Shown one piece after another: positions 12,217-31,316 of a stretch of 64,000 nucleotides of DNA; positions within the stretch are counted from its first letter, which is position 1; every line of letters starts with the position of its first letter. The stretch covers positions 1,371,327 to 1,435,326 of the forward strand of contig CAVNZM010000001.1 of NCBI GenBank assembly GCA_963693365.1, written 5' to 3'. The DNA comes from Amoebidium appalachense (taxonomy: Eukaryota; Protista; Ichthyosporea). Below the pieces are notes generated by a model. It was not told the origin of the DNA. It ran no database searches and saw only the letters and a list, made by a program, of their open reading frames with translations. The translations under genes were made by a program, and so were the position numbers.

Positions 12217-15200
12217 TTACAACCGCATCCAGGGCTGTGCCAGGCCCTTTCTGGCCAGATTGATATGCAGAAGGTATTTGGAATCTGATTGGATAAATCT
12301 GTAAACAAAAGTGTCTGACTGCCCAGCAACATCACTGTTTTGGCCAGACTTCTTCATGTTAAGAGCAATCTCATTGGCGAGGTCTGAGGTTAGAACATAC
12401 AGATGAGGACTCATGTGTAAAGAATTACTCCCACATTGCTGATCCGCCATCCTTCCGTAATATAACCGGGCCGATGGTAGATCCGCTAGTTGTGACAGCA
12501 GTAATCTAGGTTCGAGGTAGGTCTCAAATTCAGAACGCCCAAAATGGGTGGCCCAAGGAAATTCTCTCACCGCCCGCTCCCACCACCCGAACATAGCATC
12601 CAATGACGTTAGGCAATCCACCTCCATAAACTCATAGGGGTAGGCTTTGGCACTCCCCAGCTGCTTGCACCATATCGGCACAAATGTAACGCGGCATGCT
12701 GGGTCGTATTGCATGCCCTTCTTATAGGCACATATGTCCGTACGATTTGTCCAGGCACCTTGGCCCATTGTCATCTCAAGCACCAGCTGGCCTTGCTCGT
12801 CGGGGTAGATGGGGATGCCCAGGACCACCCGAGGTTGTGTTTTTCGAGATACCCTAATCGACAGTGTCCGGGTAGTGTTGGATTGCTTGAAGGCCCGAGG
12901 ACTACCCATTCGCTGGAAAAACATACTGGGATTCTGCGCGTTTGGTAGAAAGCATCAGTGCTTGTTCTGAGATATGCAAACCAGCTACATGTCAACAGCA
13001 GATATGTCTGAAAATGAGCATGTCTACCCCAAAATTCCATCGAACTATTGTGTATTGAGCATGCAAAGGAAACTCTTTTAAGACTCATCCCCCCCCCCCC
13101 CCCCTCCAACCCCCCCCCCCCCTTTAAATTCACCCACCCCGGACACCCACGCTCCCACTCAACCACCCACCCACCTCCACGCCCACCCCAACCTATGCTC
13201 CCTATTGGTACACCACACATCTACTAGTGACAGTAGCAGAATGGGAAGTCATGTATGGTGCATCTACTATTTGTTGCTTACGAATGTCACATTCAGGACT
13301 CCCTTTGCCACCTGGTTTGTTTGATGTTTCTGCCATTTGTACGTATCTATTTCCGTTTGTGCACATGGTAATGGAATCTCGGCAGCACGAATTTTCTTTG
13401 GTGAGGGGGGGAGGGAGGAAAGAGGTGAATTGTGATTATGTAAAGTTCAGGACCGTGAAGGCTACAACGTACCTTTAAAGGGTGTTCAAAAGGCAAGTGC
13501 TTTGACAACACCTGGGTCACCGGGAATGGGGCTAGGGCCAGCCACTTGCCGGTCTGGAGATCCTCATAGCCCAACTTTGTGTGGGCCAGCAGTGTATTGG
13601 TGCTGCTGCCCACCCAACGAACGAGGTCGGTCGAGAGCAGAATCATCTGCCCGCTCTTGTACGTGTAGTCCCGGGGGCAGAGCTTTTTACAGCCACATCT
13701 GTGGGATGGTGCCTCCCCTCAGCCGAATAATCTAGTTTGTGTCTGCACTTATGTGGTGAGTAAAATTGTGTGCTATGGGTGGCCAACCCCCCCTTTCCCC
13801 ACCCTCCTACATGTTCCCTAGGTGCCAACCCAGAAACAATATTCCTTCTCTCCTCTCCTTTCATGGCTGTTTCTGTTGTCGCCTGCCCTTAAAAGCTCCC
13901 ACCACTTAACGACTTTGTCGGCATCGTCGATATTTTCAATCAAAAACACACGGAGAATGTCATGTTTAGGTGCAGCATCTGGTCGTAATCAGTAGCACAA
14001 ATTCGGCGTCATATTGATGTCTTTCTACTGTAATATCTTAATGCTGCAACACCTACACGTCCTCTGCCAGGCAACTGATGTTTGGGTGGTGGTGGTGGTT
14101 AGGGGGGGGGGGGGCGGGGGAAGGTTGGGGGGGGGGGGGGGGGGGGGAGGGGGGAAGGAAGGAAAGGAGGGGCAACAGTGATGATCCCCAACAGGCATGC
14201 GTAAAGATACAGAGACCACAAATTAGGGTCGGGCATGCGATTAATTTCCGTGATGGGCTGCTTACATAGAAAACGTGTTTGTGCGGCCATAGTACAGTCG
14301 TTCGGGTGGGAGAAGGGCCACCCTTTGGGCAAGCTCTGCTGGCCAGACAAATGTGTCCATGTCGCCTTTGGCCACGTGCGTGGCATTAGGGAATGCCACG
14401 GCAGCATGCTGCCACCATGCCAATGACTTGCCGTTGTCCATGTTCTCGGGCTCGTTCAGCACCACCAGGTCGCCATACATGGCGTTCTCCTCAGCAATGA
14501 GCAGTTCCTCTTCCTGCCGGCAGGAATGGGTGCATGATTGTCAGATTCCCTGGGCCTTGCACAACATCTCTGAAGCACGTCCTCACTAGCCAACAAATTC
14601 GATGGGCTATACATGTCGTGATAATTGTAGTGGATTCGACGTGTTGACTAACTAGACTCAGGATCATGCCATTAAGTTCTTCTTAACAGTATTTTTGGTT
14701 CTGCAAGCACGATGTGTATGGCCATGAGCCAATGTTGTTGCAGTGTCGAGAGCATTTCACTATTTTGCCCAAAGGCCATTTTTCTTCCCACTGAGGCATT
14801 AATGGTTGTTCGGCCCTCTAGCTTCGTAATGTGCTTACAGAAAAAAGCGGGCAGGAAAGAAAAGCACCCACCTCGTTGCGTGGCTTGCCCAGGACGAACA
14901 ATGGCACAATGCTGCAGGGTCGAGCGGTACCGCCATTCCAGCCCTCTTTTGGCACACACACATCAGCGAACGTGTGCCACGTCTGGCGGTGCGTGTCCCT
15001 AAACGGCCGAAGGTGCACGATGGAAAATATTCCATACACAATCCGTAAAGGCCTTTTTGCGGGGTTGGCACTTCGGGGATTGCCCAATAAGTGTGGCTGT
15101 TGTGTGTCACCCATTCCTGGCCACCTAGTATGCAAACTGTGTTCCAGGTTGCCTCCGTTGAAAGGAAACAAGCCCATATGGACAAGCACCCAAGCTGCTG

Positions 15201-15264
15201 CTGCAAACACCAGCCAGCGGTGATGGCACCAATAGCTTATCACTCGCTTGGCATGCCGACTCAT
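12217..15264 (-). CDS. Type II membrane glycosyltransferase, GT31 (beta-1,3-galactosyltransferase-like), two tandem domains; exons 15264-14872, 14513-14266, 13698-13473, 12933-12217
   Basis: N-terminal TM (WLVFAAAAWVLVHMGLF); motifs E..YGDLVVL..EN...K, KGDMDTFV (DxD), LYYGR, SGQMILLSTDLV, EDLQTGKWL. GT-AG introns with matching phases (0,2,0). Confidence 0.8.
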
Positions 15265-16190
15265 TTTCTTCTCTGTGACTGAATGGCCGCATTTACTATT
15301 AAATGCATATAGCAAAAATGGTGCGGCATCAATATTGTATCAATAATATCGTAGCTCGGGTGACAAACTGTCACACGTCCGTTCATGAGTGCACAAGAAT
15401 GTGAAGCTGACGCGTTTAGTGCTAAAGCTTTTTCGTACAGTCGACTCACTTGTTCACTGCTCAAGATTCGGGTATATGATTGGATACCTAAGCTGAAGGA
15501 TTGAAGTCAGCGAATCAAAGTCGGCTTGCCATCAGGGGTTGTGGGGCTCGGGCGATTTTAGTCGTACTTGATCAAAATCCGGGAATTTTGGATCCCCTTA
15601 ACGGTCGTGCATGTAATGGAATGAGTCTTTTTTATAGGGTCCTCCTTATTCGTAAATACGAAGATTTTGAATCGTAATACAAACCCTGCTTTCCATGTGT
15701 GTAGCCTATATCGAAGAAACCGAGTCCTTCAAAATCCCACACGAACAAAAGAGAACTCATAGATATTGAGCATATCAGGTATAGCACACTGGAAATATAA
15801 ATATAAAGTACGAAGCTATCTACGACATGAAAATAGAAAATCCCTTGTACGTGCGACTGCTTTCCGTACTGGAACTGGTGATATCATCAGGGTTCCCAGG
15901 GTTATGCAAACCAGCCAATGGTGATCCGGCCCCCATGAATCACTGCCACATAAATGAGTGCGCTGTCCAGATGCGCTAACATTTCACGTTTCGATTCTCG
16001 GGCATGGTTCATTGAAGATATACGGACTCTAACTGTTCATCAAAGGGTTATACCAATTTTCTTTTTACAGGAATCCATACCTTCAAACAGAAATAGCCGC
16101 ATGCTGCACAAAATCTTGCTTGCCGACATAAGTGAATATAAATATGGCTGGCTAAGGTTTGTTGTCACATAGCATATATTCAGCGAAAGA

Positions 16191-21801
<5,611 letters not shown>

Positions 21802-22287
21802 AAACCAAAAACCCATGGGGGCAGCCAACTGATGGAGCAAACATACCCCTGTAACCATACCTCTTAGTTCAAACCCATCCCCCTGTAAATACAACACACA
21901 ACACTTAGGACATTCCACCGCTGTAGATCGAACTGAATGAGAGCCCTTGGTTAACGTTTATTCTTATGATTTGAGTGGAGGGGAGGACTGGTGCCTCCTG
22001 CCGGCATGGCTGGGATAGTAACCCAGGGCAAAGTGTGTACTTAAAGTGAGGATTATCAAGGATGGTTTAACTTAGCTGAACACATAGATACCCTAACTAG
22101 TGTACTGTCGGCGCTGTGTGATAGACGGTAGTCTCCCTGGAAGGTCTGTAAAGGTCCTCCGGGAACAAAACTTGATAAGATAAAAGAGCAAACATCCCAT
22201 CACCCAAACTTACAGGCTTGAAGTGTCTGATGTTGGTTCTATTGAAGACATGTACAGACTTTTTTATTGGAATCTATACAACAATAT

Positions 22288-23631
22288 TGTTGTTTTGTAC
22301 GGGTCTAAGGGAGCAGAGTGCACAGAGTTGTCATGTAAAACACGACCAACACAATAAAGAGAGGGCAATCGGAGTTGTTCACGACACATGAAAGATTTCA
22401 AAAAACAATTGAACTTTTATTGTGCTCTCAGGTCTTTTTGTGCTTGCAACTTATCATCTTATCTCAACTAAAAGGGGAGAACTAATTGGTTCTATCAGAT
22501 GATAGAAAAACACATTCCGACAGAGCATACACATTCCAACTTCCGACATAACTGAAGCTTAGAAACTCTTACTTAAATAACTTAGGTAATTATACATCTT
22601 GTCACTATTAATACACATATATATTTATACTCGTCTCTATAAAGAAACTCATTTAAATACATATATTTCCTAATAGTCGACACTCTCAAAGTGAAGACAC
22701 ATTACGATAAACCGAGTTCCATACACGTATATTAATAGACAGGAATGCACAACACGATCTATGTGCTATAGATGTACTCACTCACGTCTATTGGTGAGTC
22801 ATCTTATTGTGAACTAAAACTAAGCCACTTTGAACAAAAACAAGGACAACGAATATAGCTAGCCAATCACGCTACTTCTCAGATAAACAGAGGAGAGCAA
22901 ACACAGATAAGATACAATAAGTTCTATCAGGCAAGAGAGCCAGGTGTGCACAGATCTACAGATATCTGTGCACACAGAAACAAGGGAGAGAGAAAGATAC
23001 GGGGGGGGGGGGGGGGGGGGGAGGGGGAGAGAGAAAAGGGAGTGAGGGGGGAGAGCACAAAGAAGGAGAGCAGACAGATGCGAACCGAAGATCCTTGAGG
23101 TGGGAAGGAGAAAACCAAAACTGAAGAAGCACACAGCGACGGTTGCCTCGGAAGACTCGGAATATGAAGGGAGGCATTGTGGCTAACGTCGTTATATAAA
23201 TATATAAAAGAAACACGTGTGTATATGTGACGTGTTGGTGGCTAACGTTTTATACTGGGGACCACCCAGATAAACACAAGGCATAAACATCTTGTGGACT
23301 GATTTATAGACTGGTAGTCAACCAGTTAAGACACGAGGAAGGTTCATCCCGTGGACTAGGTTTAGACTGGCAGTCAACCAGCTCGCCATGGCTATAGTTA
23401 ATTATTTATACTGGGACGCCATCCCAGTTCGACATATACAAAAGTCGAATATAGTAGAAAACCAATATATATCGTGGGAGATGAATATAAATAAACGACG
23501 GATGGTGGAGAATAATCCCAACTGAAGATGCACACACTTGACGATGGAAGACAGAGTCCCCACTGATGAAGGGAAACGATGAGAAGTAGTAGACTTTCGT
23601 GGGGAGGCATCTTGATCACCCGTAGATGTGT
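22288..23631 (-). mobile_element. LTR (U5 end ...TACAAAACAACA), interrupted by YR copy 2
   Basis: 22288-23070 is an inverted homolog of 54170-55078. The upstream part (23070-23631) is unassigned. Confidence 0.7.
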
Positions 23632-24305
23632 TCTATGAAAACTACTCCGGGACGTGTGTTGCCTCTAGGGGGACATCCCCTTGGACGAAAGTGAACCTGC
23701 AATGGTTGTAAACCACGGCAGGCCCCCAGTCATCAATTTATTGATCCGTGAGGTCCTTGTGCCCAAAAAACGGGGGAAGTCTTCGCCCCGTGAAAAAACA
23801 GCACGTATGTGGGGATCAATGGGGGTTGAGTGTAGGGTGTAGGTGGGTGGGTGAAAAAGAAAATATAGCTGTAAAGCTGTAGGTGCTAAACACAGAAGAT
23901 GTGTTGTTGCCTGCTGATCTGCTAAAAACTGTCGTGCTTATATACCTACGGCTACCGAACTGAGCCAATCAAAACCGATCTAGTGTTATGTGAAATCTTA
24001 TCCTGAGCCAATCAGACTCGGTCTAGTGATCTGTGGAATCTGATGTTTTGATCGGCTAATAGGTGCCCGTATGCGGGCAGCCGAACGCGAACTGCTAAAA
24101 CATGAAACAAAGCCTGTTGATATCGGACACCCATCCTACGTGTTTACCCAGAAAAATATTTATGTCAATAATTTCCACAAATAAAACCTCTATGAAAACT
24201 ACTCCGGGACGTGTGTTGCCTCTAGGGGGACATCCCCTTGGACGAAAGTGAACCTGCAATGGTTGTAAACCACGGCACGAGAGCAGCATGCTTGCTCCAA
24301 AGGTT

Positions 24306-25514
24306 TCACTTAAGAATAGAGGCGAATACACGTGTGGTAGTGGCAGCAATGGAGGCCGGACGAAGTCGTGTATAGATCAGGAAACAGTCGGAGGACCACC
24401 TGCCGAGTTGTTTGATCCGGGAGTCGTCGACCCCGGCCTCAGCCAGTGCTGTGGCCCCCCCGATGCGGAGGCTGTGTCCGGCAAACCGGGAGGGTGAGAG
24501 GCCTGCCCGGGAGAGGAGGGCACGGAAGTCGGCAGAGAAAGCACTCTTGGTGTAGGGGATGCCACCGAGACTGAAGAGGGGGTCGTCGGGTTGACCGGAC
24601 GTTGTATGCAGGAACTGCCGGAGGAGATGGGCTGGGGAGAAATGGGTGAGGGGCAGGGCAGCTAGAGTGACGTTGACACCTCGGGCCTGTACATCCGTCT
24701 TAGAGGTTGGCAGGTGGAGGGTGGCATGGGACAAAGTACCGGTGGGGGTGTAGGTGAAGGTCACGTCTTTCCGTTTAACGTGACGGGACGGGTTGAAAGA
24801 AGTCAGGGTCTTGGAGGTAAATTCCCCTGAACGGAGGAGACCACAGAAACCGACGATGAGGGCTGTCCATAGCCGGAGATTGGCCGAGGAGGCCTTTGTG
24901 GGGCACTGGCCATGAAGTAGGCTGAGGTGGGAGGGCAGGAGGGGTTCCCTGGTTGATGAGCGGGGTCGGATGTTGTGAGAAAGCTGCCATCTGCCCACCC
25001 CCCGTAGGAACCAGGCCAGAGACTTGTCGTGGGGGTAGGGAGCAGGGAGGCCCATGTCGAGGTGGAGCCTGGTGATGGCCGAATTGTAGCCGGTTAAGGA
25101 AGAGGCCTGTACCCCTCGTTGGGCACACCAGGCGAGAAAAAGTTGCACGGTGTGTGGGGAGGCCGGGAGGGAGGACCCGGAGGGGGATTGCAGCCGAGAT
25201 GCCACACAGAAATCGATGAACACTTTCTGCACCCGGGAGTAAAAGGCCCGAGAGTCGAGGTTGAGACTCAGGGCCTGGCATTCCTGCAGGGTAGTGGTGG
25301 CTCGAAGCAGCTCGGCCGGAGCAAAGTGGGGGGCCAATCTGCCAGCGTTGCTCCGGAACGGGAGATCTGGGGGGGGGGGGGGGGGGGGGGGGGGGGGATT
25401 AGCCCAAGGGAAGGGATAGGAACTCGTGGACCCAGGAGGGGAAGGGGCAGGGCTCCGGTTGCAGGGAAGGTCGGAGTCGTCGGGCCCGGGGAAGTTGGTT
25501 ACGAGAAATGGCAT
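24306..25514 (-). CDS. Tyrosine recombinase (ORF3)
   Basis: LLRSGE, SKTD, HSLRIGGAT, GRWSSDCFLIY. True start uncertain (see splicing finding). Confidence 0.9.
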   Translation of the reverse strand: MPFLVTNFPGPDDSDLPCNRSPAPSPPGSTSSYPFPWANPPPPPPPPPPDLPFRSNAGRLAPHFAPAELLRATTTLQECQALSLNLDSRAFYSRVQKVFIDFCVASRLQSPSGSSLPASPHTVQLFLAWCAQRGVQASSLTGYNSAITRLHLDMGLPAPYPHDKSLAWFLRGVGRWQLSHNIRPRSSTREPLLPSHLSLLHGQCPTKASSANLRLWTALIVGFCGLLRSGEFTSKTLTSFNPSRHVKRKDVTFTYTPTGTLSHATLHLPTSKTDVQARGVNVTLAALPLTHFSPAHLLRQFLHTTSGQPDDPLFSLGGIPYTKSAFSADFRALLSRAGLSPSRFAGHSLRIGGATALAEAGVDDSRIKQLGRWSSDCFLIYTRLRPASIAATTTRVFASILK

Positions 25515-27082
25515 CGGCCAGATGGTTGAGGGGTCCTGGTAGGTAGGATGCCTGTAACGTAAATTGGTATTGCATTTCCATGCGGGTGATGAACCGAATA
25601 AGTTTGGCCATCACGGGGTGGGGGGAAGACCGGGAGTGCAGGTCAGACACAGCACCCGTGTTGTCGCATAAAATACGGACATGGTGGGTGGACCAGGAGG
25701 GGGCCCAGAGGGCCACGGCGGCTGCGATGGCCAGGAGTTCGATGACGGAAGAACCGAGTTTACCCTCATGAGCATAGAGGGCTTGGGTGGAGGGGGACCA
25801 GGGCATGAAGAACCATTGGTCGAGCCAGTGGCCTCCTAGACCCACCGATCCGGCAGCATCGGTGGCCAGGGTGGTGTATGTGGGGGGTGTGATGAGGTGC
25901 ACCCCATTCCATGATGTGAGGAACTGGTGCCATTCGGCTATGTCGGCCCGGGCGGCAGCAGTCAGTCGTATGTGGTGGTGGCCGGCAAGGTGTGGGTGGG
26001 TCCGGAGAAGGGCCCATAGGCGCTGGGAGAAGGCCCTCCCGGGGGGAACCAGCTGGGCACACCAGGTGAGTTTGCCGAGGAGGGACTGGAGGTCCCGAAT
26101 GGTGATGGTGGGCTTTGGGTGGGAAGTGAGGTCGAGTAGGTCCGAGAGCTTGGAAGCCGGGATTCGTGCCTCCATGGTGATGGAGTCGATTTCGATACCG
26201 ATGAAGACGACACGGGTAGCCGGGCCCTGCATCTTGTCTTCGGAGATGGCAATGTGCAGCTCTCGGCAGAGTTGCAGGAAGGTGGATAGGTGACGTTGGC
26301 ACTGCTCTTGTGTGGGGGCGACTATAATCCAGTCGTCTACGTAGTGGCGGATGAGGGTAATACCGTGCTGGTGTGCCAGCCACTGTAGGGTGGCCGCGAT
26401 CCGTTCCCAGATGGCTGGGCTAGATTTCAGGCCGAAGGGCAGTCTGGTTTCAACGTAAAAATGCCCCAACCATTTGAATGCCATTAAGTGATGGTCTTCT
26501 GGTCGGATGGGCATGTGCCGGAAGGCAGCCTGCACATCTGCCACGGCCATGTAGCAGCCGGGGCCTGCGTCGAGAATGAGCTGGGTGACGTCCCGGGCGC
26601 GAATGTACTGAAGTTCGTCGGGGTAGGTGATGCTGTCATTGACACTGCTACCCCGGGGCCAGGAGAGGTGGTGGATTCGACGGTACTTGGGGGGGTTCCC
26701 TTTCTTGGTAACGGCGCCGATGGGGGAGGAACGGTGGACCGGAAATTCGTCAAAGAATTGGGCCGGGGAGAGGGGGCCGCGCAGGTGGCCGAGGGCGACT
26801 TCTTTGGCAATATCCGCCGTGATAGCGGAAGCTGCCTCCGGGGTGGTGGGTAGGTTGGGGCCCACCCGAGAGGTGGAGGGCCCGCGATAGCCGATGTCGA
26901 CACCGAATTCGACATCGTGGAGGAGTTGTGCGGCGAATGATTGGTCTGGGTAGGAGGCCAGCAGTTCCCGGAGGCGGGAGGTGTCAATGCGGTGCTGGGG
27001 CAGCGGGCGGGCCTCCGGGTCTGAGCCTCGGGGGAAGGGGGTGGTTAGCAAGGGTGGGGCACCCTCGGGGAGATCCCGGCAG

Positions 27083-27126
<44 letters not shown>

Positions 27127-27222
27127 CAGGGCCCCGGGGGGGTTAGGGTAGGGCAGCTGGGCCCGAGTGAAGGTTGGCAGGGAGGGCAGCGGGGCCCTGT
27201 GCAGGGGAATGTGCCCGAGCAC
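25399..27222 (-). CDS. DIRS-type reverse transcriptase-RNase H (ORF2), no ATG start
   Basis: ADVQAAFRH, LPFGLKSSP, YVDD; RNase H TDAA, ELLA, CDN, ADAISR. Confidence 0.93.
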
Positions 27223-27518
27223 GCGGGGGTGTGGGCGGACACAGAGGTAGAAGAAGGGGGGGGGAGGGAGTGCTAGGTGAGTGTAAGGGGGGGGAGGCTC
27301 GTGGGATGGGGGGGGGGAGTAAAATTATGTGCAGTGGCCAGAATAAACGTCTTTGTGTAGGGACATTTATTCTTGACGCGCGCGGGCGCCGTAGTTTGGC
27401 CTGCGAAATTTTGTACTCAGCCCTATGGGCCCGTTCTCCCGAGCTCCGTTTCCCTGTACTCGTGTGTCCTAGCTCCTAACCCCTATGTTCTAGCTGTGTG
27501 TGTGGGTGTGCGCGTAGA

Positions 27519-28595
27519 CTAGGCATTGTGTTTGCAGTCTTTGCGGGGGTGTGTGCCAGAGCAGAGCGGGCACACGTGGGAGAAGGGGCAGGGCTGCTTA
27601 GCGCAGGACCGACCGTTAATGTGGAAATTCCTGCAGTGCGTCGCGGGTAGATCCACGGGTCGGGCCGGTTTTGCCGGGCCGGGTTGCGGGCCAGGGCGGT
27701 TAGGGGTTTGACCCCCGCCGGGCTTGTGGGGCGGCTTAAAGCCGTCAAGACCACAGCCGGGCTTGGGGTACATGGGGCAGGCCGCGCTGGGGTGGTCAGG
27801 GAAGCCACAGCGCTGACATGCGTCCGGGATGAGCAGAGTGGGTGGCAAGAGGAGATCCTGGTGGAGTTGGGCGAGCAGGTTGGGACACCGACGGAGCCCG
27901 ACCCTGCTGGTGGGCAAGGTTCGGGCGTATACGTCATAGTTTGGATTGGGCCCAGGGATGGGTGTGAGAGTGATTGAGTCAAAAGTCCGTGGGGAGGCGA
28001 GGTGGTCTTGGCGGCATGTAATGGGTCAAAGAAAGGGAGTGCGGCTCGACTGCCGTCGCGGCCACGCAGAGGACTCTTGGATGGGGCCAGGAGGGCGGCG
28101 GGGTGAACTATACAGGTCGAAGAGGCGCGCAAATCTGCCAGCACATCCGCGGGGGGAAGCGGGAGTGTGCCCGGCTGAATGTCGCCAGTGTTCTCACCTG
28201 TGATGGGGGGCGCGGGCAGGGCAGGTAGGTCTAGGTCAGGGCCGAGATGCAGCCCCGGGGAAACCTCCCCGGGTGCGGAGGGCGCGGCGGGGGGCGCGGG
28301 AGGGTCGCGGTTGGTGAGAGCAGCCAGGACGCCAGCCATCTGGGTGCTGATGGCGGTAAGGGCGGCAAGGACGGCGTCTTGAGAAGTCATCTGCGGGGAC
28401 GGCGGGGCCTGAGGGGGACTTCAGGAGGGGAGGGGAGATAGCCGGCGGGTCCGGGTCCGAGGTGGTCTGGGCCGCTCGAGGCGCGTCAGTGTCCGCGGGA
28501 GCGTTGGTCAGCCTGTGGCGGAGGTCGCTGCGGGTCAGGCGCTTGGGTGCCGCGGCAGGGGCAGTGGCTGAGGCCTGGCGCTTTTTCGGCGGCAT
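27519..28595 (-). pseudogene. gag-like ORF1, disrupted by several small indels
   Basis: CQRCGFPDHPSAAC knuckle and C-terminal Cys/His finger; fragmented relative to copy 3. Confidence 0.8.
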
Positions 28596-29514
28596 GCTGA
28601 CCGGCGTACGGAAAGATAGGGAGAGTGAAAAGATAATATAGCTGTAAAGCTGTAGGTGCTAAACACAGAAGATGTGTTTGTTGCCTGCTGATCTGCTAAA
28701 AACTGTCGTGCTTATATACCTACGGCTACCGAACTGAGCCAATCAAAACCGATCTAGTGTTATGTGAAATCTTATCCTGAGCCAATCAGACTCGGTCTAG
28801 TGATCTGTGGAATCTGATGTTTTGATCGGCTAATAGGTGCCCGTATGCGGGCAGCCGAACGCGAACTGCTAAAACATGAAACAAAGCCTGTTGATATCGG
28901 ACACCCATCCTACGTGTTTACCCAGAAAAATATTTATGTCAATAATTTCCACAAATAAAACCCAGCTGGAAAAATTTATAAAAGGCAGAGTCACAGCCCC
29001 CCCACGCACGCAAGTGGGACCCCCCCGACTTGTCTCTAGATTGCCGGAACCCATAATGCCTCACGTTTCAATTCCTTTCCGCCTCCCCTCTTTCCTCCTT
29101 TTCCCTGATTACCGTACCATCAGTCATTTGAAGTGGTTAAAGAAAACCATAGGCTCACCTGTTATTATTGTCATAGTTTATTCTTTTTGCAGCCGCTCTA
29201 ACCAATCCTAGACTACTCGGCCCTGCCTACCTCATAGGAGATATGTCAGTTGTTTCTTCCCGGGTTTTATGGTCACGATAACGATTTCCGACGGTCGAAA
29301 CCATATTGAATAATTTTAAAAATTTGCGACCACCGTGGTATTGAAATTATTGACATAAATATTTTTCTGGGTAAACACGTAGTATGGGTGTTCGATACCA
29401 ACATAACCATGTAGGCTTCATTTCGTGTTTTAGCAGTTAGCGGTTGGCTGCCCGCACACGGGCACCTATTAGCCAGTCAAAACATCAGATACCACAGATC
29501 ACTAGACCGAGTTA

Positions 29515-29591
29515 TGATTGGCTCGGATCAGATTTCACATATCACTAGATCGATTTTTGATTGGCTCAGATCGGTAGGCTTAGGTATATAA
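29515..29591 (+). promoter_or_regulatory. Putative Pol II promoter in the A repeat: two ATTGG (reverse CCAAT) boxes and TATATAA
   Basis: GATTGGCTC twice, then TATATAA at 29585-29591, ~120 bp before the gag ATG; conserved in all A repeats. Confidence 0.6.
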
Positions 29592-29708
29592 GCACGACAG
29601 TTTTTAGCAGATCAGCAAGCTACAAACACATCTTCTGTGTTTAGCATCCACAGCCTTACAGCTATATATTCCTTTTCATTCTCCCTATCTTTCCCTACGC
29701 CGGTCAGC

Positions 29709-30882
29709 ATGCCGCCGAAAAAGCGCCAGGCCTCAGCCGCCGCCCCTGCCGCGGCACCTAAGCGCCTGACCCGCAGCGACCTCCGCCACAGGCTGACCAA
29801 CGCTCCCGCGGACACTGACGCGCCTCCAGCGGCCCATACCACCACGGACCCGGACCCGCCGGCTACTCTCCCCCTCCACTCCTGAAGTCCCCCCTCAGGC
29901 CCCGCCGTCCCCGCAGATGACTTCTCAAGACGCCGTCCTGGCCGCCCTCACCGCCATCAGCACCCAGATGGCTGGCGTCCTGGCTGCTCTCACCAACCGC
30001 GACCCTCCCGCGCCCCCCGCCGCGCCCTCCACACCCGGGGAGGTTTCCCCCGGGGCTGCATCTCGGCCCTGACCTTGACCTGCCTGCCTTGCCCCCGCCC
30101 CCCATCACAGGTGAGAACACTGGCGACATTCAGCCGGGCACACTCCCCGCTTCCCCCCGCGGATGTGCTGGCAGATTTGCGCGCCAATCGTTTCGTCGAC
30201 CTGTATAAGTTTACCCCCCGCCGCCCTCCTGGCCCCATCCAAGAAAGGTCAGCATCTGCGCATGGCCGACGACGGCAGCATCGAGACTTTTCGCCAAGAC
30301 AGACCCGTTCCCCTGCGTTCACTCGTCATTTGGATCCAAGCTTGGACCCATTACATGGCCGCCAAGCACCACCTCGGCCTTCCCACGGACAAAGACGTAC
30401 TTTGGACTCAGCACATCACTCGCCTCAGCACCCGATACCCGTGGGCCCAGATCCACAACTATGACGTATACGCCCGCACCGTGGCCCACCAGCAGGGTCG
30501 GGCTCCGATCGAGTGCCCCAACCTGCTCGCCTAACTCCACCAGGATCTCCTCCTGCCACCCACTCTGCTCATCCAGGACGCATGTCAGCGCTGTGGCTTC
30601 CCCGACCACCCCAGCGCGGCCTGCCCCATGTACCCCAAGCCCGGCTGTGGTCTTGACGGCTTTAAGCCGCCCCACAAGCCCAGCGGGGGTCACACCCCTA
30701 ACCGCCCTGGCCCGCAACCCGGCCCGGCAAAACCGGCCCGACCCGTGGATCTACCCGCGACGCACTGCAGGAATTTCCACATTAACGGTCGGTCCTGCGC
30801 TAAGCAGCCCTGCCCCTTCTCCCACGTGTGCCCGCTCTGCTCTGGCACACACCCCCGCAAAGACTGCAAGCACAATGCCTAG
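29709..30882 (+). pseudogene. gag-like ORF1 (frameshifts in C-runs, premature TAA at 30532)
   Basis: MPPKKRQ start, zinc-finger C-terminus; other copies have CAA at the stop position. Confidence 0.82.
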
Positions 30883-31186
30883 TCTACGCGCACACCCACA
30901 CACACAGCTAGAACATAGGGGTTAGGAGCTAGGACACACGAGTACAGGGAAACGGAGCTCGGGAGAACGGGCCAATAGGGCTGAGTACAAAATTTCGCAG
31001 GCCAACTACGGCGCCCGCGGGCGTCAAGAATAAATGTCCCTATACAAAGACGTTTATTCTGGCCACTGCACATAATTTTACTCCCCCCCCCCATCCCACG
31101 AGCCTCCCCCCCCCCCTTACACTCACCTAGCACTCCCCTCCCCCCCCTTCTTCTACCGCTGTGTTCGCCCACCGTGACACCCCCGC

Positions 31187-31281
31187 GTGCTCGGGCACAT
31201 TCCCCTGCACAGGGCCCCGCTGCCCTCCCTGCCAACCCTCACTTGGGCCCAGCTGCCCTACTCTAACCCCCCGGGGCCCTG

Positions 31282-31316
<35 letters not shown>

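Larger units (their letters stand above)
23632..28962 (-). mobile_element. YR retrotransposon copy 2, near full length (A1-gag-RT/RH-YR-B1-A2-spacer-B2)
   Basis: Split direct repeats, three ORFs, ends TCTATGAAAAC...ATAAAACC matching the internal B1/A2 junction AAAACC|TCTATG. No TSD. Confidence 0.95.

Noticed and set aside
23556-23606. Hammerhead-like CCCCA-CTGATGA-AGG-GAAAC...TGGGG
   Set aside because: No proper stem II or stem III, and the base before the stem I 3' strand is G rather than the required UH.
27880-28135. Divergent gag segment in copy 2 as a captured sequence
   Set aside because: Still collinear with copy 3; explained by clustered small deletions or poor consensus.
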